The notes beneath the pieces were generated by a model. That model worked only from the letters and a program-made list of their open reading frames with translations, was not told the DNA's origin and made no database searches. This document shows, one piece after another, positions 8,260-15,459 of a stretch of 46,003 nt of DNA (the stretch's first letter is position 1; every line of letters starts with the position of its first letter). A program made the position numbers and the translations under genes. The DNA comes from a virus (lineage: Duplodnaviria > Heunggongvirae > Uroviricota > Caudoviricetes). The stretch is taken from IMG/VR virus record IMGVR_UViG_2562617057_000011, positions 1 to 46,003 of that record; one strand, given 5' to 3'.

Positions 8260-8916
8260 TCAGAAAATATCCCACCTGGCATCAACCACAACACCTACTA
8301 TTTCGCAATCATTGTCCATTTCTATGATGGGATATTGTGGATTAAGGGGCTTTAGAAACGCCTTCCCCATTTCAGAAATATATTTTTTGAATGTTGCTTC
8401 ATTGGTGGATTTTTTTCTGGCGATGACGTAACACCCTGAAAAAACTTCTTTATCTGGATTGACAAGGATCGACATTCCTTCAGGAAATGTTATTCCTATA
8501 GGCGAAGTCATTGAGTCTCCGTGTACTTCCAGCCAGAAGCCCCTCTCACCAGCGTATTTTACAGAATGCCTCCAATTATCCTGATCATACATGTTGTAGT
8601 CATCACCTGCAGTTGCGAATAATCCTGCCTGAACCCAGTTAATTACAGGGTAAGAGTGTGCTGTGTCTCTCTGGGGACAGCTCTTAACATTATTTTCCCA
8701 ATACTTACCTTTTTCATCTCCGTTCTGAAGCCACTGCGGTGAACACTGCAGTGCCGCTGCGACTTTAAAAAGCGTGTCACCGTTGAAACTTTTTGTAAGA
8801 CCTTGCTCGGCTTTACTGATTGCAACTCTGGTGACCCCAGCTTTTTTAGCCAACGCATCTTGCGTTAACCCAGCTTTTTGTCGTGCGTTGATGAGGCGTT
8901 CACCTAAAGATTTCAT
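8260..8916 (-). CDS. cI: CI-type prophage repressor (XRE HTH plus S24 LexA-like peptidase domain), 218 aa
   Basis: N-terminal HTH, C-terminal S24 peptidase-like domain; ATG at 8916 with AAGGAG Shine-Dalgarno; divergent from a cro-like gene. Confidence 0.9.
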   Translation of the reverse strand: MKSLGERLINARQKAGLTQDALAKKAGVTRVAISKAEQGLTKSFNGDTLFKVAAALQCSPQWLQNGDEKGKYWENNVKSCPQRDTAHSYPVINWVQAGLFATAGDDYNMYDQDNWRHSVKYAGERGFWLEVHGDSMTSPIGITFPEGMSILVNPDKEVFSGCYVIARKKSTNEATFKKYISEMGKAFLKPLNPQYPIIEMDNDCEIVGVVVDARWDIF

Positions 8917-8938
8917 TTTTCTTCTCCTTTCATGGCTG

Positions 8939-8975
8939 CTGATACTAAAGTAACAGAATATCTTGATACTTTGGA
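8939..8975. promoter_or_regulatory. OR-like operator region (divergent promoter region between cI and cro)
   Basis: TTGATACTTTGG at 8964-8975 and TGATACTAAAG at 8939-8950 within the 111-bp cI-cro intergenic region. Confidence 0.55.
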
Positions 8976-9027
8976 TTCTCATGTTTAACATTCTTGGATA
9001 ACAGAGTATCCGGTGTGAGGCTAAAGA

Positions 9028-9237
9028 ATGACCCTTTATGAAATATTAAAAACTCAATTTAAAACCAATGCCGCTATTGGCCGCAGGTTCCCAAAGAAAG
9101 GAAAGCCTCGTGGTAGTCAGGGAGTTGGAAAGTGGAAAACGCGGGGCGTTCCGGAGGATGTTGCCATTCTCTGCCATCTGGATCCGAACATTCCATATAC
9201 ACATCCAAGCTTAGCGCACACAGAGGATGAGAAGTGA
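9028..9237 (+). CDS. cro: Cro-like small regulator, 69 aa (tentative)
   Basis: First rightward gene opposite cI; GAGG Shine-Dalgarno; small basic protein; similarity to Cro/YdaS-type proteins is weak. Confidence 0.55.
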   Translation: MTLYEILKTQFKTNAAIGRRFPKKGKPRGSQGVGKWKTRGVPEDVAILCHLDPNIPYTHPSLAHTEDEK

Positions 9238-9307
9238 TGGTGGTGATATGAGCGAAAAAATAACTATTAAATACGATGGGGCAACAATTTCGATTGCCCC
9301 AATCACA

Positions 9308-9601
9308 TTAGAGTTCGCTGAGAAGTTGTTGGTAAGCCTTAAAGGATGCGAACTGCATTCTACCTTCGGCATTGATTCCAATGCCTTCGCTTGTGCACCA
9401 GGCGATGAACTCGGCTGTATCCGCTTCAACTTTAATAACTCGTTGCCCGCTTCTTTCGACACGCTTAATCAATTTTTCAGCGTCGTGTTTCCACTCGGTG
9501 TAACTGTCGGAGAGCACATCAGCATCAGTAAAAATATTTTTGAGCTCATGATACTGAATAGCATCGCGAAACCAGAATAAACCAACGGCCTGAACTTTCA
9601 T
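9308..9601 (-). CDS. hypothetical protein, 97 aa, transcribed against the rightward early operon
   Basis: ATG at 9601 preceded by AAGGAGG; protein-like composition, unlike the overlapping plus-strand ORF 9227..9580. Confidence 0.6.
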   Translation of the reverse strand: MKVQAVGLFWFRDAIQYHELKNIFTDADVLSDSYTEWKHDAEKLIKRVERSGQRVIKVEADTAEFIAWCTSEGIGINAEGRMQFASFKAYQQLLSEL

Positions 9602-9714
9602 GTCGAACCTCCTTTGGTTCTTTTGTTTATAGGGATCAAAAGGATAACTGAAGGATGGTTCGGCACCAACAAGTACGAATGTGCGGAATCTTAAAAGAAT
9701 TTATCCGTAAGGAG

Positions 9715-10428
9715 ATGGCAGTGAACACCGCAATTTTTAACGACAAAGTATCCATGACCAGCGTTGAAATCGCAGAGCTGGTTGGAAGTCAACACGGCAA
9801 TGTCAGAATATCAATAGAGCGTCTGGCAAAACGCGGGGTGATTCAACTTCCTGCAATGCAAAAAGTTGAGAACGAACAATCATTTAGCCAAAACAAATTC
9901 ACAAACGCATATATTTTCGAAGGCGAACAAGGCAAACGCGACAGCATCATTGTCGTCGCACAACTTTGCCCGGAATTCACTGCCCGCCTGGTAGATCGTT
10001 GGCGCGAACTGGAAGAGCAGGTGCGCAAACCAATGAGCGAAATCGAAATGGTTGCCGCGATGGCTCTTGAAGCCGTTCGTCAGCAAAAACGCCTCGACAA
10101 GATGGAAGAAAAAGTCAGTCACGTTACTGAAACTGTCGAACAAATCAAAAGAGGCACCATCCGCGATGGTTATGCAGGCTACCGTCAGCTGGTGGCGAAA
10201 ACGGGTATGTCAGATGCGAAATGCCGCAATCTGGTGAACGCCTATCAAATTCCAACTGATACTCACGAATTTCTTACTCCGGACGGATTGTTGTCACGCC
10301 GCACAATTGTTGCAGTGGAACCGTTTATGGCTGCTTTCCATCGTATGATGAGCGAAGCGGAACCGAGAGGAACTCGTTGGTATCACCCGAAAATGGGGCT
10401 GTTCCAGGCGCTGGGCTGGCAGGGGTGA
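9715..10428 (+). CDS. Rha-family phage regulatory protein with C-terminal domain shared with the KilA-N protein, 237 aa
   Basis: N-terminal pRha-like segment (SVEIAELVGSQHGNVRISIERL); C-terminal ~130 aa paralogous to ORF 2697-3446; ATG at 9715 chosen, SD spacing is short. Confidence 0.75.
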   Translation: MAVNTAIFNDKVSMTSVEIAELVGSQHGNVRISIERLAKRGVIQLPAMQKVENEQSFSQNKFTNAYIFEGEQGKRDSIIVVAQLCPEFTARLVDRWRELEEQVRKPMSEIEMVAAMALEAVRQQKRLDKMEEKVSHVTETVEQIKRGTIRDGYAGYRQLVAKTGMSDAKCRNLVNAYQIPTDTHEFLTPDGLLSRRTIVAVEPFMAAFHRMMSEAEPRGTRWYHPKMGLFQALGWQG

Positions 10429-10645
10429 CGATGTTTACGGGTAATTTATGCAAGTCCTCAATCGCTGGTTCCGTGACGGAAGGGGGCGTCGTGTTCACGT
10501 TATACGCTGGGAGCCTGAAACACAGCGGGTTATTTATCTGCGTGATGGTTATCCATATGAATGTTTCAGCCCGTTGTGGTTGTTCAGGCGTGATTTTGTG
10601 GAGTGTGAAGCGCCGCCGGAATGACGGCACGGTATATACGAAAAA

Positions 10646-11005
10646 TTACGCCGCCTTGCCCAGCGTAAAATCAAAGTGGATGTCGTCATACGGGAATGAC
10701 GTTCCGCGCTCGCTTTTTTCCAGTAAACCGTTGCTGATGAGTGCGGTCACGTCAGTATGCACGCTTTTTACATCACGTCCAACCAGGGCTGCAATTTTTC
10801 GGATGGACATTTCTCCGGCACCAGTCATTGCCATCAGAATGTCCATGCGTTTTGGTGTCAGTACCTTATGCATCATTTGCCAGTCAGGAAATGAAATAAC
10901 GTTTTCTCTGGTTGCTTTTGCTCCGGTAGCTGCTTCCTGGAACGCAGACAGCACATCAGCCGTGAAATTATCCATTGACTCGATTCGGATTGTTACGGTT
11001 CTCAT
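10646..11005 (-). CDS. HTH/winged-helix regulator, putative antitoxin, 119 aa
   Basis: ATG at 11005 lies 1 nt after the upstream stop; C-terminal winged-helix-like segment; family not identified. Confidence 0.65.
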   Translation of the reverse strand: MRTVTIRIESMDNFTADVLSAFQEAATGAKATRENVISFPDWQMMHKVLTPKRMDILMAMTGAGEMSIRKIAALVGRDVKSVHTDVTALISNGLLEKSERGTSFPYDDIHFDFTLGKAA

Positions 11006-11006
11006 G

Positions 11007-11294
11007 TCAGATACCTCTGCGGATGGATTTAACGTCAGCCAGAAAATCAGCGAGCAGTTGTTCAATGGTGACAAAGCTGGTGCTGACTTCCTGACTACCA
11101 ATGTGTTTGTGATCGCCTTTACCCCGTTCGTTGTCGTAACGCATCACACACATGCCATCAACGACATAAGCCATGCTGTATTTGTAGTTGTGCTGGCTAC
11201 CCAATACAGCAGGCTCCACTTCCCATATGCGGATTCGTATGTATTCAGATTCACCGAGATGACGGATGAACTGTTTATACAGTCTGGATGGCAT
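11007..11294 (-). CDS. small protein, putative toxin of a toxin-antitoxin-like pair, 95 aa
   Basis: ATG at 11294 with GAGGA Shine-Dalgarno; tightly coupled to the downstream HTH gene; family not identified. Confidence 0.6.
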   Translation of the reverse strand: MPSRLYKQFIRHLGESEYIRIRIWEVEPAVLGSQHNYKYSMAYVVDGMCVMRYDNERGKGDHKHIGSQEVSTSFVTIEQLLADFLADVKSIRRGI

Positions 11295-11375
11295 TTAAAG
11301 CTTCCTCTGGTTCTTGTTGTAAACAATAACAACAAGGCTTCGCGTTGTCCACAGCTACAACATTTTGATATTGAT

Positions 11376-11648
11376 TCTGCAAGTCCGGGACGTTACACTG
11401 TTCCGGCACCTTATAAAACGGGTGCCGGGATTTGCACCCCGGAATTGATCAAGGCGATATATGACGCGCCAGCGTCTTTTTTATCGTCCACGCTCACGCA
11501 CGCCAGAATTATGGTGGGCTGGGCAGGGGAGCCGAAAGGCTCGCCGGTTTCCTTGATCGCCGGTAGTGCAAACCCTGTTCAGTCCGCCACCAGCGAGATT
11601 TGCACCTCCGGTGGTGGAAGTATTTCACCGATCAAGGAGGCTGCCATT
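11376..11648 (+). repeat. structured RNA leader, unit 1 of 3
   Basis: Hairpin 11403-11428, terminator 11463-11482, GAAA-tetraloop hairpin 11529-11542, helix GTGCAAA 11567-11573 with TTTGCAC 11599-11605, second helix CCACCA 11587-11592 with TGGTGG 11610-11615, SD AAGGAGG 11634-11640. Confidence 0.7.
11463..11482 (+). terminator. intrinsic terminator inside leader unit 1
   Basis: GACGC-GCCA-GCGTC hairpin followed by TTTTTT. Confidence 0.55.
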
Positions 11649-11720
11649 ATGGCTACGATCCCAGTTTCCCCATTCCTCAAAATCGAAGTCGTCAACGGTA
11701 AGGCCGTTACTACATCTCTT
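11649..11720 (+). pseudogene. Rha-family gene remnant (first ~24 codons only)
   Basis: ATG at 11649 with MATIP..KIEVVNGKAVTTSL start matching the Rha copies at 12015 and 12671, then diverges; the frame stays open only by running into the next unit. Confidence 0.4.
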
Positions 11721-11829
11721 TTCGGATATCTCAAACTGTTGCGCCTTGCTGGTGTTCCGGGTTATATTTCTCGCGTTGCTGTAAATCCAGCAACCGGGCT
11801 TCGCATCCCGAAACATCACACAGGGCTGA

Positions 11830-11852
11830 CACGCCATAAGCGTGTTTTTTTG
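11830..11852 (+). terminator. intrinsic terminator inside leader unit 2
   Basis: ACACGC-CATAA-GCGTGT hairpin followed by TTTTTT. Confidence 0.55.
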
Positions 11853-12014
11853 TCTACGCACGTCTATTCAATGGCGGCTCAGATGGGAGCTTCTTCGGAA
11901 GCGCCGGTTTTCCCTTGTGTGTCCGGTAATGCGAATCCTGTCTGGGCTGCCACCAATCATGGTTTCGCATCCGTGGGTGGTAGCTGTAAAGCACACACAC
12001 AAGGGGCTGTCACC
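11853..12014 (+). promoter_or_regulatory. structured RNA leader, unit 2 of 3
   Basis: UUCG-tetraloop hairpin 11890-11903, helix ATGCGAA 11930-11936 with TTCGCAT 11965-11971, second helix GCTGCCACC 11947-11955 with GGTGGTAGC 11977-11985. Confidence 0.65.
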
Positions 12015-12377
12015 ATGACTACCACCACTACTCACCCATTCCTCAAAATCGAAGTCGTCAACGGCAAGGCCGTTATTTTCTCTTTGCATGTGGCCTGCCA
12101 CTTTAAGCGCATGCACCAGAACATCGTCGACAAAATCGAGTATCTGAACTGCTCGCGCGAATTTTTTACCCGCAATTTCATACCGGGTACTTACCACATC
12201 TATGACGACTCTCTGCGTGGTTATTACATCACCCTTGATGGTCTGATGCTGCTTCAGCTTGGGTTAAGTCTGCGCACAATGCGGTACTACGAGAGTTGCA
12301 TTGAAGCGTTCCATGAGGCTGAAACCGTCCAGGTGCATTCCGCTTTCCGTCGTCATCAACGGGAGGTGCACCTATGA
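12015..12377 (+). CDS. Rha-family regulatory protein, short form, 120 aa
   Basis: ATG at 12015 after leader unit 2; N-terminal FLKIEVVNGKAV motif shared with the other copies; Rha-like central segment. Confidence 0.6.
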   Translation: MTTTTTHPFLKIEVVNGKAVIFSLHVACHFKRMHQNIVDKIEYLNCSREFFTRNFIPGTYHIYDDSLRGYYITLDGLMLLQLGLSLRTMRYYESCIEAFHEAETVQVHSAFRRHQREVHL

Positions 12378-12384
12378 TCCGCTA

Positions 12385-12670
12385 CCTGAATATTGATTCT
12401 GCAATTCCGGGACGTTACACTGTCTCTGCACCTTATAAAGCGGGTGTCGGGCGTGAGAACCCGGAATTCACCAAAGCGCACAACCGCGCTCTTGCGGTTT
12501 TTTTGTGTCATGAGCAGCATTACGCCCAAATTATGGTGGGGCGTGCAGGGCCAACTTCGGTTGGGCCGGGTTCTTTGGTGACCGGTTTCTCACCCCTGTA
12601 CGTCTCACCACCTATTGCCGTGAGAAGCTTTGGTGGTGAGTTATTAAAAATCACCAAAGAGGCTGCCATC
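12385..12670 (+). repeat. structured RNA leader, unit 3 of 3
   Basis: Terminator 12483-12505, UUCG hairpin 12551-12564, helix TTCTCAC 12587-12593 with GTGAGAA 12620-12626, second helix CTCACCACC 12604-12612 with GGTGGTGAG 12632-12640, SD 12656-12662. Confidence 0.7.
12483..12505 (+). terminator. intrinsic terminator inside leader unit 3
   Basis: ACCGC-GCTCTT-GCGGT hairpin followed by a T7 run; stem differs from unit 1 by compensatory changes. Confidence 0.55.
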
Positions 12671-13234
12671 ATGGCTACGATCCCAACCCTCACTCAACCT
12701 GAAATTGCCATCGTTGATGGTCAGGCTGTTACTTCATCCCTGGCTGTTGCCAACTTCTTCTCTAAACGTCATGACGATGTTCTGAAAAAGATCCGCATTT
12801 TGGATTGTTCTCCAGAGTTTTGTGCCCGCAATTTTGCGGAGACATCAATTTTGGTACGCCAGCCCAACGGTGGTACTCGCAAACTTCCCTGCTACCAAAT
12901 CACCCGCGACGGCTTCGCCTTCCTTGCTATGGGCTTCACTGGTAAACGTGCCGCCCGGTTCAAAGAGGCATACATCAATGCCTTTAACCAGATGGAGAGG
13001 AGCTTATCAGGAGCTGGTGCGGCTGACATGTCATCTGTCGCACAAAACGCCAGAGGCGTATACCTGCATTTGCGTGAAATCCATCAAATCTGGACAAGCC
13101 AGCTTTACCCAATGCTTAAGGCCGTTGAATCTCCGCTGGCTGGCAAACTGTACGACCGTGTAGGTGATGCTGTTTTTGGCGCTGCACTTGTTGATTCCAG
13201 GCTGAATGGTTCTGACAAGGAGGTTCGCCCATGA
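12671..13234 (+). CDS. Rha-family phage regulatory protein, 187 aa
   Basis: ATG at 12671 with AAAGAGG Shine-Dalgarno; canonical Rha-like segment (ITRDGFAFLAMGFTGKRAARFKEAYINAF). Confidence 0.8.
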   Translation: MATIPTLTQPEIAIVDGQAVTSSLAVANFFSKRHDDVLKKIRILDCSPEFCARNFAETSILVRQPNGGTRKLPCYQITRDGFAFLAMGFTGKRAARFKEAYINAFNQMERSLSGAGAADMSSVAQNARGVYLHLREIHQIWTSQLYPMLKAVESPLAGKLYDRVGDAVFGAALVDSRLNGSDKEVRP

Positions 13235-13425
13235 TTAGTTACGAAATCATCATCTCCACTACGGAATACAGAAACGATGTATCAGTTCGCACGGATGTAT
13301 CTGTCTGGCACCGTCGCTATAAATCCAGAAAAACGGCGGAACTGAAAGCGGCAGAGATGTGTGAAATCATCGCAATGAAAGGCAGTCCGGTTAAATACAT
13401 CACAACGGCGGAGGTGCGTCCATGA
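13231..13425 (+). CDS. hypothetical small protein, 64 aa
   Basis: ATGA overlap with the upstream stop; GGAGG Shine-Dalgarno. Confidence 0.5.
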   Translation: MISYEIIISTTEYRNDVSVRTDVSVWHRRYKSRKTAELKAAEMCEIIAMKGSPVKYITTAEVRP

Positions 13426-13646
13426 TTCGTCGAGTTGTGAATTCTCTGTATCACCGATACAACCGTTGCCCCCGTGTGGGGCAGTGGTTTGCCACCAGCA
13501 ACGGTCATGTTCTGCGGGTTTGCCTGGTCAGTACCGAAAGCCAGAAAGTCGTGTGTGAATTACTGGGGCGTAACTACACCATTAGCTACCCACTGGCGGT
13601 GTTTCAGTCCGGGAAAATGTTTAAACGCTTGGGAGGTGCCGTGTGA
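13422..13646 (+). CDS. hypothetical small protein, 74 aa
   Basis: ATGA overlap; GGAGGTG Shine-Dalgarno. Confidence 0.5.
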   Translation: MIRRVVNSLYHRYNRCPRVGQWFATSNGHVLRVCLVSTESQKVVCELLGRNYTISYPLAVFQSGKMFKRLGGAV

Positions 13647-14554
13647 GTAGCAAAATTCTCGGTAACGTCTGGGATGCATGTGCCGCGTATGGAGTCAAAG
13701 GTGCAAAGCTGATGATCATGGCGCGTCTGGCTGATTATTCGAATGATGACGGGGTGTGCTATCCCGGTGTTGAAACCATATGCCGACAGCTTGGGTTGGG
13801 AGAAAGCACAGTAAGAACAGCAATTTCAGAGCTGGAGGCTGATGGCTGGCTGACGCGTCAGTCACGCCGCAAAGGTAATCGTAATACGTCAAATCTTTAT
13901 CATCTGAATGCTGATCGGCTTGAACAGCTTGCCAGAACGGAGCGGGATAAGATTGCTGAACTGAAACACAAACGCAGACTTTCATCATTATGTGACCCGT
14001 CAGATTCTGAACCTTCAAAATCTGAACCGTCAGAATCTGAATGTTCAGGTGTGTTTGACCCTTCAGATTCTGGCAAAAAAACGGTTTTGACCCTTCAGAA
14101 TCTGGACCCAGATCCACAAGGTTTAAAACATGATCCGCAAGTAAATTCAAAACATGATCCGCAAGATATTGGCGCATCCGCTGACGCGTCTGCACCAGCG
14201 CGCTCTGCCCGACAGGAATATTCACCGGAATTTGAACAGGCCTGGCAGGAATATCCCAAACGTGCTGGTGGTAATTCCAAGTCGGCAGCCTTCAAAGCCT
14301 GGAAAACCCGAATCAGGGAAGGTGTGACACCAGAAACCATGCTCAATGGTGTGAAACGCTATGCCGCCTGGGTACGTGCTACAGGAAATACCGGCACACA
14401 GTTCGTGAAGCAGGCAGCGACGTTCTTTGGCCCCGATCGGCATTTTGACGAATCCTGGCAACAGCCAGCAGCTCCCGGAGGTGGGCGGGGCAAAAGCCTC
14501 CCGATCTCGGGATTCAGTGAGCAGGACTACGGCTCAACGAACTTTAACTGGTGA
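13643..14554 (+). CDS. replication initiator / replisome organiser (O-like), 303 aa
   Basis: N-terminal winged-helix region, acidic Ser/Asp/Pro-rich linker, conserved C-terminal domain; iteron repeats inside the coding sequence; followed by loader and helicase genes. Confidence 0.75.
   Translation: MSSKILGNVWDACAAYGVKGAKLMIMARLADYSNDDGVCYPGVETICRQLGLGESTVRTAISELEADGWLTRQSRRKGNRNTSNLYHLNADRLEQLARTERDKIAELKHKRRLSSLCDPSDSEPSKSEPSESECSGVFDPSDSGKKTVLTLQNLDPDPQGLKHDPQVNSKHDPQDIGASADASAPARSARQEYSPEFEQAWQEYPKRAGGNSKSAAFKAWKTRIREGVTPETMLNGVKRYAAWVRATGNTGTQFVKQAATFFGPDRHFDESWQQPAAPGGGRGKSLPISGFSEQDYGSTNFNW
13994..14165. repeat. iteron array, putative replication origin inside the initiator gene
   Basis: Four copies of GACCC(G/T)TCAGA(A/T)TCTG-like repeats at about 13994, 14027, 14056 and 14089, then a direct repeat AAAACATGATCCGCAAG at 14125 and 14149. 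Confidence 0.6.
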
Positions 14555-14571
14555 TTTTGTGGGGTGTGAAA

Positions 14572-15459
14572 ATGACTAATTTCCTGAACAAACAACACAT
14601 GCAACACGACAAAGCGCAGTTACTCAACCGCAGGGCTGACCTGGAAGAGGAACTGGCATTTGTCCGTGGCGGAAAGCGTCCGTGGCGCTGTGAGCATTGG
14701 GTGCAAAGTGCTGAGACGGTGTCCTGCGGGAAACACGGAAAATATACACGCTATGTGCTGACGGGCCCGGATGTCAGGGGGAAAGCTGTCAAACGGGTAT
14801 CCGGTTGCCTGTCCTGCCTCAGTGACGAGCTGGACCGCGTGTATGACGAATTACGCGACCTGAAGGTTTGTGAATTACTCGATCAGGCCGGTATTGCCCG
14901 CCGGTTTCAGGACTGTGAGTTTGAGAATTATCTGGCGGTGAATACTGACGCACAGAAAAACCTTGAAGCCTGTCAGCGCTATGCCGCTTCCTGGAAGAAA
15001 TGTCTCGCTGCAGGCACCAGCATGGTCATGATTGGCAATTGTGGTACCGGGAAAAATCACCTGGCTGTATCAATGGCAAAAAATATTATTCGCCACCACC
15101 AGGCAACCATAGAAATCACGGATGTGATGCGGCTTACCCGTGCGGTGAAAAATACCTGGCGCCACAACTCTGAGCGCACTGACGATGAAGTGATTAATCA
15201 TTTTGCATCACTGGATCTGCTTATCATCGATGAGGTTGGTGTGCAGTTCGGTACGCCTGCGGAGATAACCATCCTGCAGGAAATCATAAATGCACGTTAC
15301 GAAAGCGTTTTACCGACAATTTTGATCAGCAACCTGACGTTTGAACAGCTTAAAGAATCCATTGGTGAACGGATTGTGGATCGCGTTACTGATGGTGGGC
15401 GTAACTACCTGGCGTTTGGTTGGGAAAGCTACCGTGCGCATATCAGAGGTGTGGCATGA
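14572..15459 (+). CDS. DnaC-like helicase loader (IstB-type AAA+ ATPase), 295 aa
   Basis: Walker A GNCGTGKNHLA and Walker B LLIIDEVG motifs; Cys-rich N-terminal region; ORF track begins at a GTG at 14551. Confidence 0.85.
   Translation: MTNFLNKQHMQHDKAQLLNRRADLEEELAFVRGGKRPWRCEHWVQSAETVSCGKHGKYTRYVLTGPDVRGKAVKRVSGCLSCLSDELDRVYDELRDLKVCELLDQAGIARRFQDCEFENYLAVNTDAQKNLEACQRYAASWKKCLAAGTSMVMIGNCGTGKNHLAVSMAKNIIRHHQATIEITDVMRLTRAVKNTWRHNSERTDDEVINHFASLDLLIIDEVGVQFGTPAEITILQEIINARYESVLPTILISNLTFEQLKESIGERIVDRVTDGGRNYLAFGWESYRAHIRGVA

Noticed and set aside
9227-9580. 117-aa plus-strand ORF overlapping the 97-aa minus-strand gene
   Set aside because: Low-complexity hydrophobic composition and no ribosome-binding site, whereas the minus-strand ORF has a perfect Shine-Dalgarno.
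10377-12377. 666-aa plus-strand ORF, the longest in this part of the window
   Set aside because: It is antisense to the toxin-antitoxin-like genes and runs through three predicted terminators and structured leaders; only its last 120 codons (12015-12377) look like a gene.
12374-12670. N-terminal extension of the third Rha gene from ATG 12374 (GGAGGTG Shine-Dalgarno), giving a 286-aa protein
   Set aside because: The extension contains an intrinsic terminator and structured hairpins, and the corresponding frame in unit 1 conserves RNA pairing but not amino acids; start at 12671 preferred. A short upstream ORF is not fully excluded.
13994-14110. Repeats in the initiator gene as a possible CRISPR-like or minisatellite element
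   Set aside because: Spacing is irregular and the repeats lie inside a conserved replication initiator gene; interpreted as origin iterons.
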